The position numbers and the translations under genes were made by a program. The notes under the pieces are model-generated. The model made no database searches. It worked only from the letters and a program-made list of their open reading frames with translations, and was not told the DNA's origin. This document shows positions 10,410-20,786 of a DNA stretch of 64,000 bases, one piece after another (positions within the stretch are counted from its first letter, which is position 1; each line of letters opens with the position of its first letter). The stretch is from a virus (Duplodnaviria > Caudoviricetes). Location of the stretch: positions 17,777 to 81,776 of the IMG/VR virus record IMGVR_UViG_3300033072_000232. The stretch is one strand, 5' to 3'.

Positions 10410-11255
10410 ATGAAACAAGATTATTACGTTTATTTACATCGTAGGAATGATACTAACGAAGTGTTTTATGTAGGTAGTGGTAGAGACAACAGAGCTTATT
10501 CTAAACATAGTAGAAATAAGCAATGGAAAGCAATCACAGATTCTGTTGAATATACTGTAAGTATTGTGATGAGTAACCTATCTAAAGAAGATGCAAGAGA
10601 AGCTGAAACTTTATTAATTGAAATGTACGGTGATCAGGTTGTAAATGTGCATAAAGATAATACCGCACATGATCTAAATTCTTACTTTGATTTCTTGAAT
10701 GATTTGTTTTATGTAAATCCTGAAAGTCAAACTGGTCTTAGTTATAAGATAAATAGATATAAGAATAAAGGCGCTTTATCTAAGAAAGCAGGCGATGTTG
10801 CTGGTAAAGTTGCCGTACTTCCAAATGGCACATATAGAGGATATGATCTGAAGGTTACCTTTCCAGATGGTATTAAAAGAAACTTACAGGTACATAGAAT
10901 AGTTTGGTTGTTATCTACAGGTTCAGTTTCTGGTGAATTGGTTATTGATCACATTGATGGAAATCCTTTAAATAACGCAATTGCTAACTTGAGAGAAGTT
11001 TCGCATCAACAGAACTCCAGAAATAGAAAACCAAAGACAGACGGTATTCCGGGTGTGTATATTAAGCAAGGACTTCAATGGGTTGCTAGTTTACCTCATG
11101 AAGGTAAAACAAGAATCAGAGGATTTTCTATCAGCAAGTATGGTAATGATGCTGCAAGAGAAATGGCAATTGAAGCTAGAAAAGAATTCCTCAATGAAAT
11201 GAATAAAACAAGTGAGCCATTTTCGGATAGGCACACGTTATTAAAATTGGAATAA
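10410..11255 (+). mobile_element. free-standing homing endonuclease, GIY-YIG-like + HNH + AP2
   Basis: YYVYLH..FYVGSG; VHRIVW..IDHIDGNPLNNAIANLREV; start at ATG 10410 after GGGAG. Confidence 0.85.
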
Positions 11256-11258
11256 ATT

Positions 11259-14200
11259 ATGGCATTAGAGTTAGATAAGCTGATCTTCAGCGTTTCAACA
11301 GAAGCACTTGATGATGCAATCTCCAAAATTGAAAAGTTAGGTACTGCTGTATCTGAACTTAATAAACCACTTGGAAATCTTGAGAAAGAAACTAAGAAAG
11401 TAACTAAAGCTCAAGCTGATCAGAATAAGGTTCAAGAAGAATCTAATCAAGCGACTAAAGTAAGTACTACTGTACTTGAACGTCAGCAGAAGATTCTTGA
11501 ATTCATGACTCAAGGTTTCTCCAAAGGTCAGTCAAGTGTGTTAGCTTATGCAACCGCCGCTGGTGCTGCTACGAGTGAAATTAAAGAATTAGGAAGTGTT
11601 CTACAGACACAGCGTAAGTTGATTGGGGGCGACCCCTTCGATAAATCTACCTCTGGTTTGATTGCTTTAACAACAAAGTTAGGTGAAGCAAAAGAAGCAA
11701 ACAGGTTATATACCGCTGGTCTTGATTTAACTAAAGCTCAGACTAGAGAACTAGCTAGAGATAAAGAACGCCTTATTGAGAAAATGAAAGTAGAGGGAGC
11801 ATCCCTTACTGATATTAAGAATAAACTGCGTGAACATAATGCAGAGTATATTGCAATTGCAAATGCGATCAATCGTCTTGATCAAGCAGAAGAAAAGAAG
11901 ATTCAAACAGAGCGAACAGCTACTAAAGCAACTGATTTTCTTACTAGAGAAATGCAACGTGCAGAAAATGCTTTAGCAGGCTTGAACGAAGGTATGAACA
12001 TTAGTTCGAGTAATCGTTTACTTCGCTTCAAAGAAGGATTGGTAGCTGCTGGTGTTGCATCTGATGAAGCTGCTAGACGTTATGAAGCGTATGCAAGAGT
12101 AATTGCACAATCTGATTCTTCTAATAAAGCTAGGCAAAAGAACACACGCGAAGAAGAACTAAAGTATCTAGCAAGAGCTACTTCCGTTCAAATGGGTGAC
12201 ATTGGTGTTTCTCTTGCTGGTGGTCAGAATCCACTTACTGTATTCATCCAACAGGGCGACCAATTGAGGGCAGTATTAAACCAAGTAGGTGGTGATGCTA
12301 AAGAAATGGAAAAGGCTATGTCTCAAGCATTCCAACAAATCGTCGTTGGTTTTGTTGATGTAGCCAAAGCAATGGGTACTTTCGTTGTTGGTGCTTTCAA
12401 GTCTGCTGGTGCAAGCATTGTGGATTTTGCAATGAATGTTACCGGTATGAATGCTGTAATGGAGTATTCAAAAAGATTGATTGCGTCTCAAGGTGAAGAA
12501 TACTTTAAATATATTAACATACTAAATAAAACTGGTGCTGCATTTGCTGGGGTTATTGCTACAGGATTAGCTGCGAGTATTGCAGCATTTATTGCGCTTG
12601 GTATTGCACTAAAAGAAGTAATTCAAGAAGAATCCGCACTGACTAAATCTTTAGTAACTACAGGTGCTTCTCTTGGGTTATCTAAAGATGCAGCAGTGGC
12701 TTATGCTGAATCCTTAAACTCAATGGGTGTAAGTACAACTAAGGGTATTGCTGTTATTACTGAAATGGCAAAGCAAGGTGGTTTCACTAAAGATGCTATT
12801 GTAGATATTACTAAGGCTGCTATTGATCTTGAGAAATATGCTGGTGTTTCTATTGAGAAAACAGTTGACTCATTTGCTAAATTTCAAGATAAACCCACTG
12901 AAGCCCTAAGTAAGGTAGCTATTCAGACTGGCCTAGTGTCTGAGAAATCCTTAGAACTTGTTCGCAGTTTAGAAGAACAAGGTAAGAAAGCTGAAGCTAC
13001 AGCCGAAGCAGTTAGATTGTACGGTCAAGTAGTACAAGCTCAAGCTGATTTAGCTAAAATGAGTTTAGCTCCAATTGAGACTTTATGGCTTGATATTAAA
13101 TCAGCTATTTCAGGTGCATTTGAAGCTCTAAAAAATGTTGCAAGATCAGAGGGTATGGTTACTGCATTTAGAACAGCATTTGAAGCTGTGGCTGTTACAG
13201 TATCTGAAGTATGGTTTACTCTAAAATCCGTAGGTAGAGAAATTGGTGGAATTGGTGCTCAATTAGCTGCTGTAATTCGTGGTGATTTTGATGCTGTATC
13301 TGCTATTCGTGCTGAAATGATTTCTGATGGTCAAAAGGCTAGACAAGAACAAGAAGCATATGTTAAGGCACTGTTAAATGGTGGTCAAGCTGCTAAATCT
13401 AATGCTGAAGGTCTAAAGCTAACCGCACAGCAGATGGAAAAAAATATCATTCAAGCTAAAGCATCTGCTGAATGGGAAAAAGTAGCTGGTGACTTACTTG
13501 ACAAGAAAACAAAGCGTGAAGAAGGTGCTTTAAAGATTCGCAATGCTGGTATTGCTGCTGGTAAATCTGAACTTGAAATCCAGAAAGCTATTGCTGTTTG
13601 GAATGATAAGAATAAAGACCCTAAAGGTAAACAGCCGAAAGTAGATAAATCAGAAGCTAAGGCTATTGAGACATTATGGGAGAGTATTACCGACAGTGTA
13701 AATAAAGCTAACATTGCATATGATGAAGTAGTAAATGGCGCGGATAAATATTCAGCTTCTCAAAAGAAGATGATGGATATTGTCAACAACAAAGCATTCC
13801 TTGCTATGCCAGAAGAACTTCAGAAAGAAGCTCTTGCTAGACTAGCCGCCGCACATGCTACTGAAGTCCAGACTGAAGCTGTTAAGAAGCAACGAGAAGA
13901 AGTAAGGAAAGCATGGGAAGCTTCTGTAAAAGCTCAAGGTGATATTGACAAAGCTAACTTTGATTTACTCCAAGTTCTTGATGATAAGAATCAATTACTT
14001 GATGAAGAAATCTATTCATTGATGGCTCAGAAAGCTATCTATGGTGATCTTACAAGTGATCAGAAGAAGATGATTGAGTATAAGAAGATTGAACTTGCTT
14101 ATGCAAAAGAACTTCAGAAGATTGATAATTCAAAAGCAGATTCAGCTACTAAAGATGAAGCTAGAGCTTTAGCTGAAGCAAATAAACTGAAAGCAAAACG

Positions 14201-16958
14201 ACAAGTAGACCTTGCTGATGAATTGGAAAACTTCAAGTACTGGTCACAAAGCCTGTCTGATATTATCAGTACTTCATTATTTGAAGGTGGTAAAGCAGGT
14301 TCTAAGAAACTACGTGATCTAATCGTCAATGAACTAAAGAAACCTATTACCATGGTAATCAATGCTACGGTTAGTGGGTTTCTAAATAACATTGGAATTG
14401 GGGGTGGGGCAGGTGCTGGTGCTGGTGGCAACGCATTCAGCCAAATGGGTACGGGTAACTACCTGCCTGTATACAACCAGATCGCCACCAGCAGTGTGGG
14501 TCAGTCACTTGGCCTTAGCACCCCCGGCACCATTGACGTAATGGGTGACGGCGTGTATGGGTCGTCAGCCACCGTTACTGGCTTTGGCAAAAGTGTGGGC
14601 CAGTTTGCGCAGGCGGCTGGGGAGTTTTTGGGCTACGCCAACGCCCTCAACACCGCATTCAGCCGTAACGCCCAAGGCGGCAAGGACTATGGCAAAGCCA
14701 TGGGGCAAGCTGTTGGTTTTTACTTTGGTGGCCCCATTGGTAGCATGGTGCTGGGTGAAATCGGCTCTGCCTTGGGGCTGGTCGATTACGGTGGCACCTA
14801 CCACACAGGCGGCATTGGCAGCTACAGCAAGGCGGGCGGCACAAAAACAGGTGCTGCTGCACTGGCCGGTGGCATGTCGTTCGGGTTGGAGGCCAAAGAC
14901 TACAACGCCAACGGCGAAAAAGCCGCAGCAGGGTTTGCCAAAGGCATCGTCAGCGTGTTGGACAGCACCGCAACCACCTTTGGCAAAAAAGCGGGTTATG
15001 CGGTAAGCACTGCGTTCGCTGACGACATAAGTCCCGATGGGAGTTGGGGGGCATTGTTCATCAAGTTGGGCGAAAGCACGCTTGTGGATTGGAAAGACGG
15101 CCAAGACAAATGGCCGGGTCGCGAGTTTGCAGATGGTGACGAAGGTCTGAAAGAGTATCAAGCCGCTGTTGCAAAAGACGTTCGTGACTACTTAATTACT
15201 CAGACTCCCGATTGGGCTGATGCTGCATTAAACGCATTAGGTGATGCCCCAACACTTGAACAACTTGCTGGCACAGTATCTGAAATCAATGCTGCAGCGA
15301 CTGCTTTCGATACATTTGGAATGGTTGCTAAGAACTTTGCTTCAATTAGTGAAGAAGCAATGACAGCTTTAGTTAAAGCAATGGGTGGTGCTAAAGAAGC
15401 AGCAGCAGGTTTAGGTAGTTATTACAGCTTATATTACACAGAAGATGAACGTAAAGATATTACTAGGCAGCAGACTACTGCAAAGATTTCTGCGTTAGGT
15501 GTTAAAGATGTTCCAACTACTCGTGCTGAATATCGTAATTTTATTGACAATATAGATTTGACTACAGATAGTGGTCGTCAACTGTACGCATCAATGATTT
15601 CTTTAGCACCTGCTTTTGCTTCATATACAGATGAAGTAATGAGTGCTTCTGACATGTACAAAGCAGCAATGGAGGGAATAAAGAAAGCAAAGGAAGAAGC
15701 TGAAAAGCAACAGAATGACGCTCTCAAAAACCTCGAAGGTGTGATTGCTAGAGAAAAACAACTATACCAAGCTCAATTAGATGCAGCCAGTAAATCAGCA
15801 TCTGCTATGCAAAGCTTATTTGATTTACTTAGTAATAATATTAATGAGCTACGTGGTAATGTAGAAAGTTCTGCTACTATGTCGGCTAAAGCAGCTAATG
15901 CTTTTATTGATAAGGCAGTTTCTGATTATATTGCTACTGGTATTCTTCCCGATAGTACTAAACTGTCAGATGCAATTGATGCTTCTAGGAGTAATATTGA
16001 TTCTGGTAATTATTCAACATCATTAGAATATGAACGTGCTCAACTTATTTTAGCTAATAAGTTAGATGTTTTAGCTATCGGTGCTGAAGATCAAATGACA
16101 GTAGCGCAACGTACTCTTGAAGCAGCTAAGTATCAAATAGAACAACTTGATGCTACCTTGGAATATTGGAAGCAGCAAGTATCCTTAGCTCAAGGTGGTA
16201 TTGATGCTACGATGACAGTAACTGATGCTGTAAATGCACTAACAGCCTTATTTGATAAAAGTAAGAATCCTACATCTGGTAAAACTACAGGTGGCGGCGC
16301 TGGAGGTGTAGGGTTTACTACAGGTGCTGGCGGTATTCCAGCTAATGCTAAACCTTTCAGCAAGGAAGATGTTTACGCAAGTATCATAGCTGAATTGAAT
16401 ACTAAAGGTGTCTACGCTGCTAATTGGCACTGGGTTAATGGTATCGGTGGTGGTATGGCTGGTTATGACCGCATTACTGACCCCGGACTTATTGCTCAGT
16501 ATGATGCTATCCGTGATTACGGCCAGCAATTATATGAAGGTGCTGGTGGTGGTGAATTGGGTGCATGGGCCGTGTATAACGCAGCAGTAATGAATGGTGT
16601 ATCTAGCGATCAAGTAGCAACTTCATTCGGAATGACACCTGAACAATTAGGTGGCTATTTGGATATGTATGGTATTCCTAGCTTCGATGTAGGTACAAAT
16701 AGAATACCGCGAGATATGTTAGCAATGGTTCACAAAGATGAGGCTATTGTCCCAGCAGCTTATAACCCTGCATTGGCTGGTAATCAAGACAATGTGCAAT
16801 TGCGTGCTGAAAATGCAGCACTACGTAGTACTATGGAAATTACCAATAGATTATTGGAACGAGTAGCTAAATCTAGTGAGAAAACGGAGAGAGCAATGAC
16901 TAATGTAACAGAAGGAGGTACTGGTATGGTGTTATCAACCCCGGTACTAGCACTATGA
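11259..16958 (+). CDS. tail tape measure protein (1899 aa)
   Basis: Very long alanine-rich helical ORF after chaperones; LAGGQNPLTVFIQQG lambda-type motif. Confidence 0.9.
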   Translation: MALELDKLIFSVSTEALDDAISKIEKLGTAVSELNKPLGNLEKETKKVTKAQADQNKVQEESNQATKVSTTVLERQQKILEFMTQGFSKGQSSVLAYATAAGAATSEIKELGSVLQTQRKLIGGDPFDKSTSGLIALTTKLGEAKEANRLYTAGLDLTKAQTRELARDKERLIEKMKVEGASLTDIKNKLREHNAEYIAIANAINRLDQAEEKKIQTERTATKATDFLTREMQRAENALAGLNEGMNISSSNRLLRFKEGLVAAGVASDEAARRYEAYARVIAQSDSSNKARQKNTREEELKYLARATSVQMGDIGVSLAGGQNPLTVFIQQGDQLRAVLNQVGGDAKEMEKAMSQAFQQIVVGFVDVAKAMGTFVVGAFKSAGASIVDFAMNVTGMNAVMEYSKRLIASQGEEYFKYINILNKTGAAFAGVIATGLAASIAAFIALGIALKEVIQEESALTKSLVTTGASLGLSKDAAVAYAESLNSMGVSTTKGIAVITEMAKQGGFTKDAIVDITKAAIDLEKYAGVSIEKTVDSFAKFQDKPTEALSKVAIQTGLVSEKSLELVRSLEEQGKKAEATAEAVRLYGQVVQAQADLAKMSLAPIETLWLDIKSAISGAFEALKNVARSEGMVTAFRTAFEAVAVTVSEVWFTLKSVGREIGGIGAQLAAVIRGDFDAVSAIRAEMISDGQKARQEQEAYVKALLNGGQAAKSNAEGLKLTAQQMEKNIIQAKASAEWEKVAGDLLDKKTKREEGALKIRNAGIAAGKSELEIQKAIAVWNDKNKDPKGKQPKVDKSEAKAIETLWESITDSVNKANIAYDEVVNGADKYSASQKKMMDIVNNKAFLAMPEELQKEALARLAAAHATEVQTEAVKKQREEVRKAWEASVKAQGDIDKANFDLLQVLDDKNQLLDEEIYSLMAQKAIYGDLTSDQKKMIEYKKIELAYAKELQKIDNSKADSATKDEARALAEANKLKAKRQVDLADELENFKYWSQSLSDIISTSLFEGGKAGSKKLRDLIVNELKKPITMVINATVSGFLNNIGIGGGAGAGAGGNAFSQMGTGNYLPVYNQIATSSVGQSLGLSTPGTIDVMGDGVYGSSATVTGFGKSVGQFAQAAGEFLGYANALNTAFSRNAQGGKDYGKAMGQAVGFYFGGPIGSMVLGEIGSALGLVDYGGTYHTGGIGSYSKAGGTKTGAAALAGGMSFGLEAKDYNANGEKAAAGFAKGIVSVLDSTATTFGKKAGYAVSTAFADDISPDGSWGALFIKLGESTLVDWKDGQDKWPGREFADGDEGLKEYQAAVAKDVRDYLITQTPDWADAALNALGDAPTLEQLAGTVSEINAAATAFDTFGMVAKNFASISEEAMTALVKAMGGAKEAAAGLGSYYSLYYTEDERKDITRQQTTAKISALGVKDVPTTRAEYRNFIDNIDLTTDSGRQLYASMISLAPAFASYTDEVMSASDMYKAAMEGIKKAKEEAEKQQNDALKNLEGVIAREKQLYQAQLDAASKSASAMQSLFDLLSNNINELRGNVESSATMSAKAANAFIDKAVSDYIATGILPDSTKLSDAIDASRSNIDSGNYSTSLEYERAQLILANKLDVLAIGAEDQMTVAQRTLEAAKYQIEQLDATLEYWKQQVSLAQGGIDATMTVTDAVNALTALFDKSKNPTSGKTTGGGAGGVGFTTGAGGIPANAKPFSKEDVYASIIAELNTKGVYAANWHWVNGIGGGMAGYDRITDPGLIAQYDAIRDYGQQLYEGAGGGELGAWAVYNAAVMNGVSSDQVATSFGMTPEQLGGYLDMYGIPSFDVGTNRIPRDMLAMVHKDEAIVPAAYNPALAGNQDNVQLRAENAALRSTMEITNRLLERVAKSSEKTERAMTNVTEGGTGMVLSTPVLAL

Positions 16959-18169
16959 GTGCTATGACCATAGATCAACTTCCTACATATGGGGGTGTTC
17001 TTGATGCTGACGTGTATACGTTAGTACGTGCTGGTGGCGCTACCTATAAAGTACCATCTGATAGCTTTGGAGGTTCCAGCCCGTCAGGGGCTGGAGTTCC
17101 TACTGGTGGAACCACTGGACAAGTGTTAGTAAAAACTAGTGATGTAGATTATGAAACTGATTGGACAAGTCTTGATAAGAATAGTGTCGGATTAGGTAAT
17201 GTAGATAATACTAGCAATGCAACAGAACGTGCTGCAACAGCTACACTAACCAATAAGACACTGACAAGCCCTGCTATCAATGGGGCTGGAGTAAGTTTCA
17301 CTGGAACTGCCCAGCGCATCACTGGTGACTTTAGCAACGCGACGATTGCCAATCGGCTGATGTTTCAGAGCAGTACGACGAATGGGGTGACAGGTGTGTA
17401 TGCCATACCTAACGGCACAGCTCAGATTTCAGGGTTCTTGGTTTCAAGCAGTAGTGATGCTGGAAACGCCTCAATTGGGTCAATTACGCAGTTTCCAACG
17501 GACCTGAGAATCAGCAACACCAATACTGGGTCTGGTCCCGTTTTGCCGATGACGTTCTACACGGGCGGCTCTGAGCGCATGCGTATCGACACCAACGGCA
17601 ATGTGGGCATTGGGGTTGCGTCACCAAGCACATACGATGGTCGTTTGGCTGTTTTGGGCAACATGTCAATGGTCAACCCCGGCAGCAAGCTGCACCTGTA
17701 CTACGTCAGTTCTACAAACCGTGCGTGGATTGGGTCGGAAGCTGGCGGAGAGATTACGCTGGGCACTGGAACAGGTGCCCCAACTGAGCGCGTGCGTATC
17801 GACTCGGGCGGCACAACCACATTCGTCTCAGCCGCATTCGGCTACGGCGCAGGGGCGGGTGGGACGGTGACGCAGGTCACAAGCAAAAGCACAAGCGTGA
17901 CGCTGAACAAACCATCGGGGCAGATCACGATGCACAACGCATCGCTGGCTGCTGGTGCGAGTGTCACGTTTGGCCTGACCAATTCGTTCATTGCCCAAAA
18001 CGACATATTGTCGCTTCAGCTACGTGCCGACTTTTCAATTACGAACTACGAACTGAAAGCCAGTGTGGGCACTGGAGCGGCCAACATTGCTTTGAAAAAC
18101 ATCTCGGGCGGTAGTTTGTCGGAGGCCGTTGTATTCAGTTTCTCCGTCATCAAAGGGGCCACAGCATGA
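16955..18169 (+). CDS. tail fiber / receptor-binding protein
   Basis: GGTTGQVLVK, VGLGNVDNT and ERMRIDTNGNVGIG fiber motifs. Confidence 0.75.
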   Translation: MSAMTIDQLPTYGGVLDADVYTLVRAGGATYKVPSDSFGGSSPSGAGVPTGGTTGQVLVKTSDVDYETDWTSLDKNSVGLGNVDNTSNATERAATATLTNKTLTSPAINGAGVSFTGTAQRITGDFSNATIANRLMFQSSTTNGVTGVYAIPNGTAQISGFLVSSSSDAGNASIGSITQFPTDLRISNTNTGSGPVLPMTFYTGGSERMRIDTNGNVGIGVASPSTYDGRLAVLGNMSMVNPGSKLHLYYVSSTNRAWIGSEAGGEITLGTGTGAPTERVRIDSGGTTTFVSAAFGYGAGAGGTVTQVTSKSTSVTLNKPSGQITMHNASLAAGASVTFGLTNSFIAQNDILSLQLRADFSITNYELKASVGTGAANIALKNISGGSLSEAVVFSFSVIKGATA

Positions 18170-18729
18170 ACACTTACACTCTGACATTTGATCCAACAGG
18201 ATGGCTGGAAATCAATTATATTCAGATTACTCAGTTACCAGACATAATTGTACCTGAAGTTCAAGCAACAATGGATTCTGAAGGTAATGAACTAACAGGA
18301 TATGTTCCTGAACACACAATTGCTGGTGAATTACAACAAGTAGTATTACAATGCACAAGCTACCATCCAACTCAACTCAATCTAATCCAAGATGATTGTG
18401 AAAAGCATGGAGTTTTGATTGAAGGTTTAGATGCTGAAGTAATTGCAAACTGGATAGCTGATTATGTACCAGAACCAGAACCAGAACCTATTGTAATACC
18501 TCAAGAAGTTACAGCACTTCAAGGATTGCTAGCAATAGACTCTGCTGGGCTTTCTGATGTGTATGAGGAATGGGCTATTAGCCCAAATAGAACATTTGCT
18601 CAAAAAGCATTTATAAACAAAGCACAGGTGTGGAGACGTTCTGATAGTACATTATTAGAAGCAGCTAATGCAATAGGATTGTCAAGTAATGATCTTGATA
18701 GAATGTTTATTATTGCTTCTGAGTTATGA
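18166..18729 (+). CDS. tail fiber assembly/accessory protein
   Basis: Follows fiber gene; C-terminal W..A..W.R.D..L....IGLS..DLD..F..A pattern. Confidence 0.5.
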   Translation: MNTYTLTFDPTGWLEINYIQITQLPDIIVPEVQATMDSEGNELTGYVPEHTIAGELQQVVLQCTSYHPTQLNLIQDDCEKHGVLIEGLDAEVIANWIADYVPEPEPEPIVIPQEVTALQGLLAIDSAGLSDVYEEWAISPNRTFAQKAFINKAQVWRRSDSTLLEAANAIGLSSNDLDRMFIIASEL

Positions 18730-18825
18730 ACATCATGATTTATTATAAGGTTATTATATGAATTTAAATAACATACAAGTTAATTATATGTTGTCATGTA
18801 CTTCAACAAGAAGTCAGGTGATGAC

Positions 18826-20052
18826 ATGAAAGTAATCCCACCTATTGAAATCACACAGACTAACATTATCACTAGCACATTACTAGAACCTAGTTGGGCA
18901 ACAACCGACTACGCAGGTTCGGGCGAATTTGGCCTTGATTACCCGCCCGTTGTGACTGTTGGCAACACCTCAACAGCCACGCTGTGGGACAAGACAGCGG
19001 CATACACAATCAACACGGTCGTTTATGTTGACAGCCTGTGGCGCATGTATCAGTGCATGGTTGCTGTCTCCGCTGGCACTGACAACACAAGGCCTGACCG
19101 CGACACAACCGCATGGGCCGACGCTGGGCCGTATGAAGTCGTTTGGCAAAGCGCAACCGCCGTGCCTGTGCTCACGCGACGCATTCGCCGTGAAACGCAC
19201 CGCACCTACATTTCGCTGCGGGCAATCACAACCGGCGACACCACCCCGCCGGAGGATGCGCCAACAGTGTGGCAAGATATTGGGCCAACCAATGCATGGG
19301 CCATTTTTGACACATACCGCAACACGCAGTGTGTGGTGCCGCGAGGTGACCAGCCTGTCAGCGGGCTTTATGCGCCTACGGAGACGCACGCGCCAGGCTG
19401 GACTCCGAACGCAATCATTGATTTGAAGATTCAACCCGGCAAGCGGGTCGATTCGTTGGCGCTTACTGGACTTGAAGCAAGTCAAATTACAGTAAGTATA
19501 TTGGATAGTACACAAACATCTCTATTAACACCAGTAATTGTCACAAGGTTACATAGCAGACCAACAGCAACATGGAGTGATTATTTCTTTGGTGTGTTTA
19601 GATCACAAAAATCTTATATTTTTACAGACATTCCAATGTATTCCGATGCTGTAATTTCAATAAATCTTATCAATGAAGCTGGTCCAGTGCGATGCGGCTC
19701 ATTGGTTCTTGGACGTGGTATTTACATGGGCGATGTTCAGTATGGAGCTAGGTCTGGAGCTACTAACTTTTCTAAAGTAGAAAGAGATGAATATGGTAAT
19801 TCTGCTTTAATTCAACGTAGATCAGTACCTAAATTCTCAGGTAGGATGATTGCTGCAAGCGCAAGCGCAGATGTAATCTTAGACTTGAGAGATGAACTTA
19901 ACGCTGTACCAGCAGTATATGTTGGTCTTGAAAAATATCCAGAGCATTCTTATTATGAGTCTGCTGTCATCCTTGGGATTTATAAGCAACTTGAAGTTGA
20001 TATGCAATACCCTGAACACATTTACATAGATTTTGAAGTAGAGGAAATCTGA
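18826..20052 (+). CDS. distal tail / tail tip protein with inserted carbohydrate-binding-like repeats
   Basis: MKVIPPIEIT N-terminus, W...TAY..WQDIGPTN modules, tail position. Confidence 0.55.
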   Translation: MKVIPPIEITQTNIITSTLLEPSWATTDYAGSGEFGLDYPPVVTVGNTSTATLWDKTAAYTINTVVYVDSLWRMYQCMVAVSAGTDNTRPDRDTTAWADAGPYEVVWQSATAVPVLTRRIRRETHRTYISLRAITTGDTTPPEDAPTVWQDIGPTNAWAIFDTYRNTQCVVPRGDQPVSGLYAPTETHAPGWTPNAIIDLKIQPGKRVDSLALTGLEASQITVSILDSTQTSLLTPVIVTRLHSRPTATWSDYFFGVFRSQKSYIFTDIPMYSDAVISINLINEAGPVRCGSLVLGRGIYMGDVQYGARSGATNFSKVERDEYGNSALIQRRSVPKFSGRMIAASASADVILDLRDELNAVPAVYVGLEKYPEHSYYESAVILGIYKQLEVDMQYPEHIYIDFEVEEI

Positions 20053-20054
20053 TT

Positions 20055-20768
20055 ATGCCAATTACTACAGTCCCGGCAGCACCATCGCTGCCAACCCCTC
20101 CAAGTACAACAAGCCCTGCTGATTTTGATATTAGGGCAGATACGTTTTTAAGTGCTTTAGCTGGTTCATATACAACCGATATGACTGCTATTGCTAATGC
20201 TACGTATAACAACGCAGTTTCTGCTTATGATAGTGCAAGTAACGCAGGTGCTGCTGAAGCTGCTGCTGCTGGTCATTCATCAGATGCTGCAGCATATGCA
20301 GCATTAGCGCAGTCTTTTTCTGGTGCTACACAATGGAACGCAGCAACTAACTATGCTACTGGTGATGTTGTGTGGAGTCCTACAGACGGTCAATTATATC
20401 GTAGACAAGCACCCGGTGGTGTTGATGCAACTGATCCTGTTTCAGCACCTTCAAAATGGTATGCATTAAGCGCAAGATATACACCTCCGCTTACTTTAGT
20501 TAATACTAACACTACAATTGCAACTGGTATTAGAATAGCTAAATATGTATTAACTGCTGATGGTATTACACTTACATTACCAGCTACACCGGGAACAAGT
20601 GATGTAATTTATGTTGTTGATCAAGGACCGGGAGTTACTAAAACTAGTGTTGTTGGTAGGAACGGTTCTAACATTGAAGGTTTAGCTGAGAATCTAACTA
20701 TTGATGCAGCTAATGCTTCATTTTCACTTACTTACTCAGACGCTACTCGCGGTTGGGTTATTGGTTAA
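20055..20768 (+). CDS. minor tail / fiber adaptor protein
   Basis: LPTPPS..PADFDIRADTFL N-terminus typical of proteobacterial siphovirus tail proteins. Confidence 0.55.
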   Translation: MPITTVPAAPSLPTPPSTTSPADFDIRADTFLSALAGSYTTDMTAIANATYNNAVSAYDSASNAGAAEAAAAGHSSDAAAYAALAQSFSGATQWNAATNYATGDVVWSPTDGQLYRRQAPGGVDATDPVSAPSKWYALSARYTPPLTLVNTNTTIATGIRIAKYVLTADGITLTLPATPGTSDVIYVVDQGPGVTKTSVVGRNGSNIEGLAENLTIDAANASFSLTYSDATRGWVIG

Positions 20769-20786
20769 TATTTAAAGGAGAAATTT

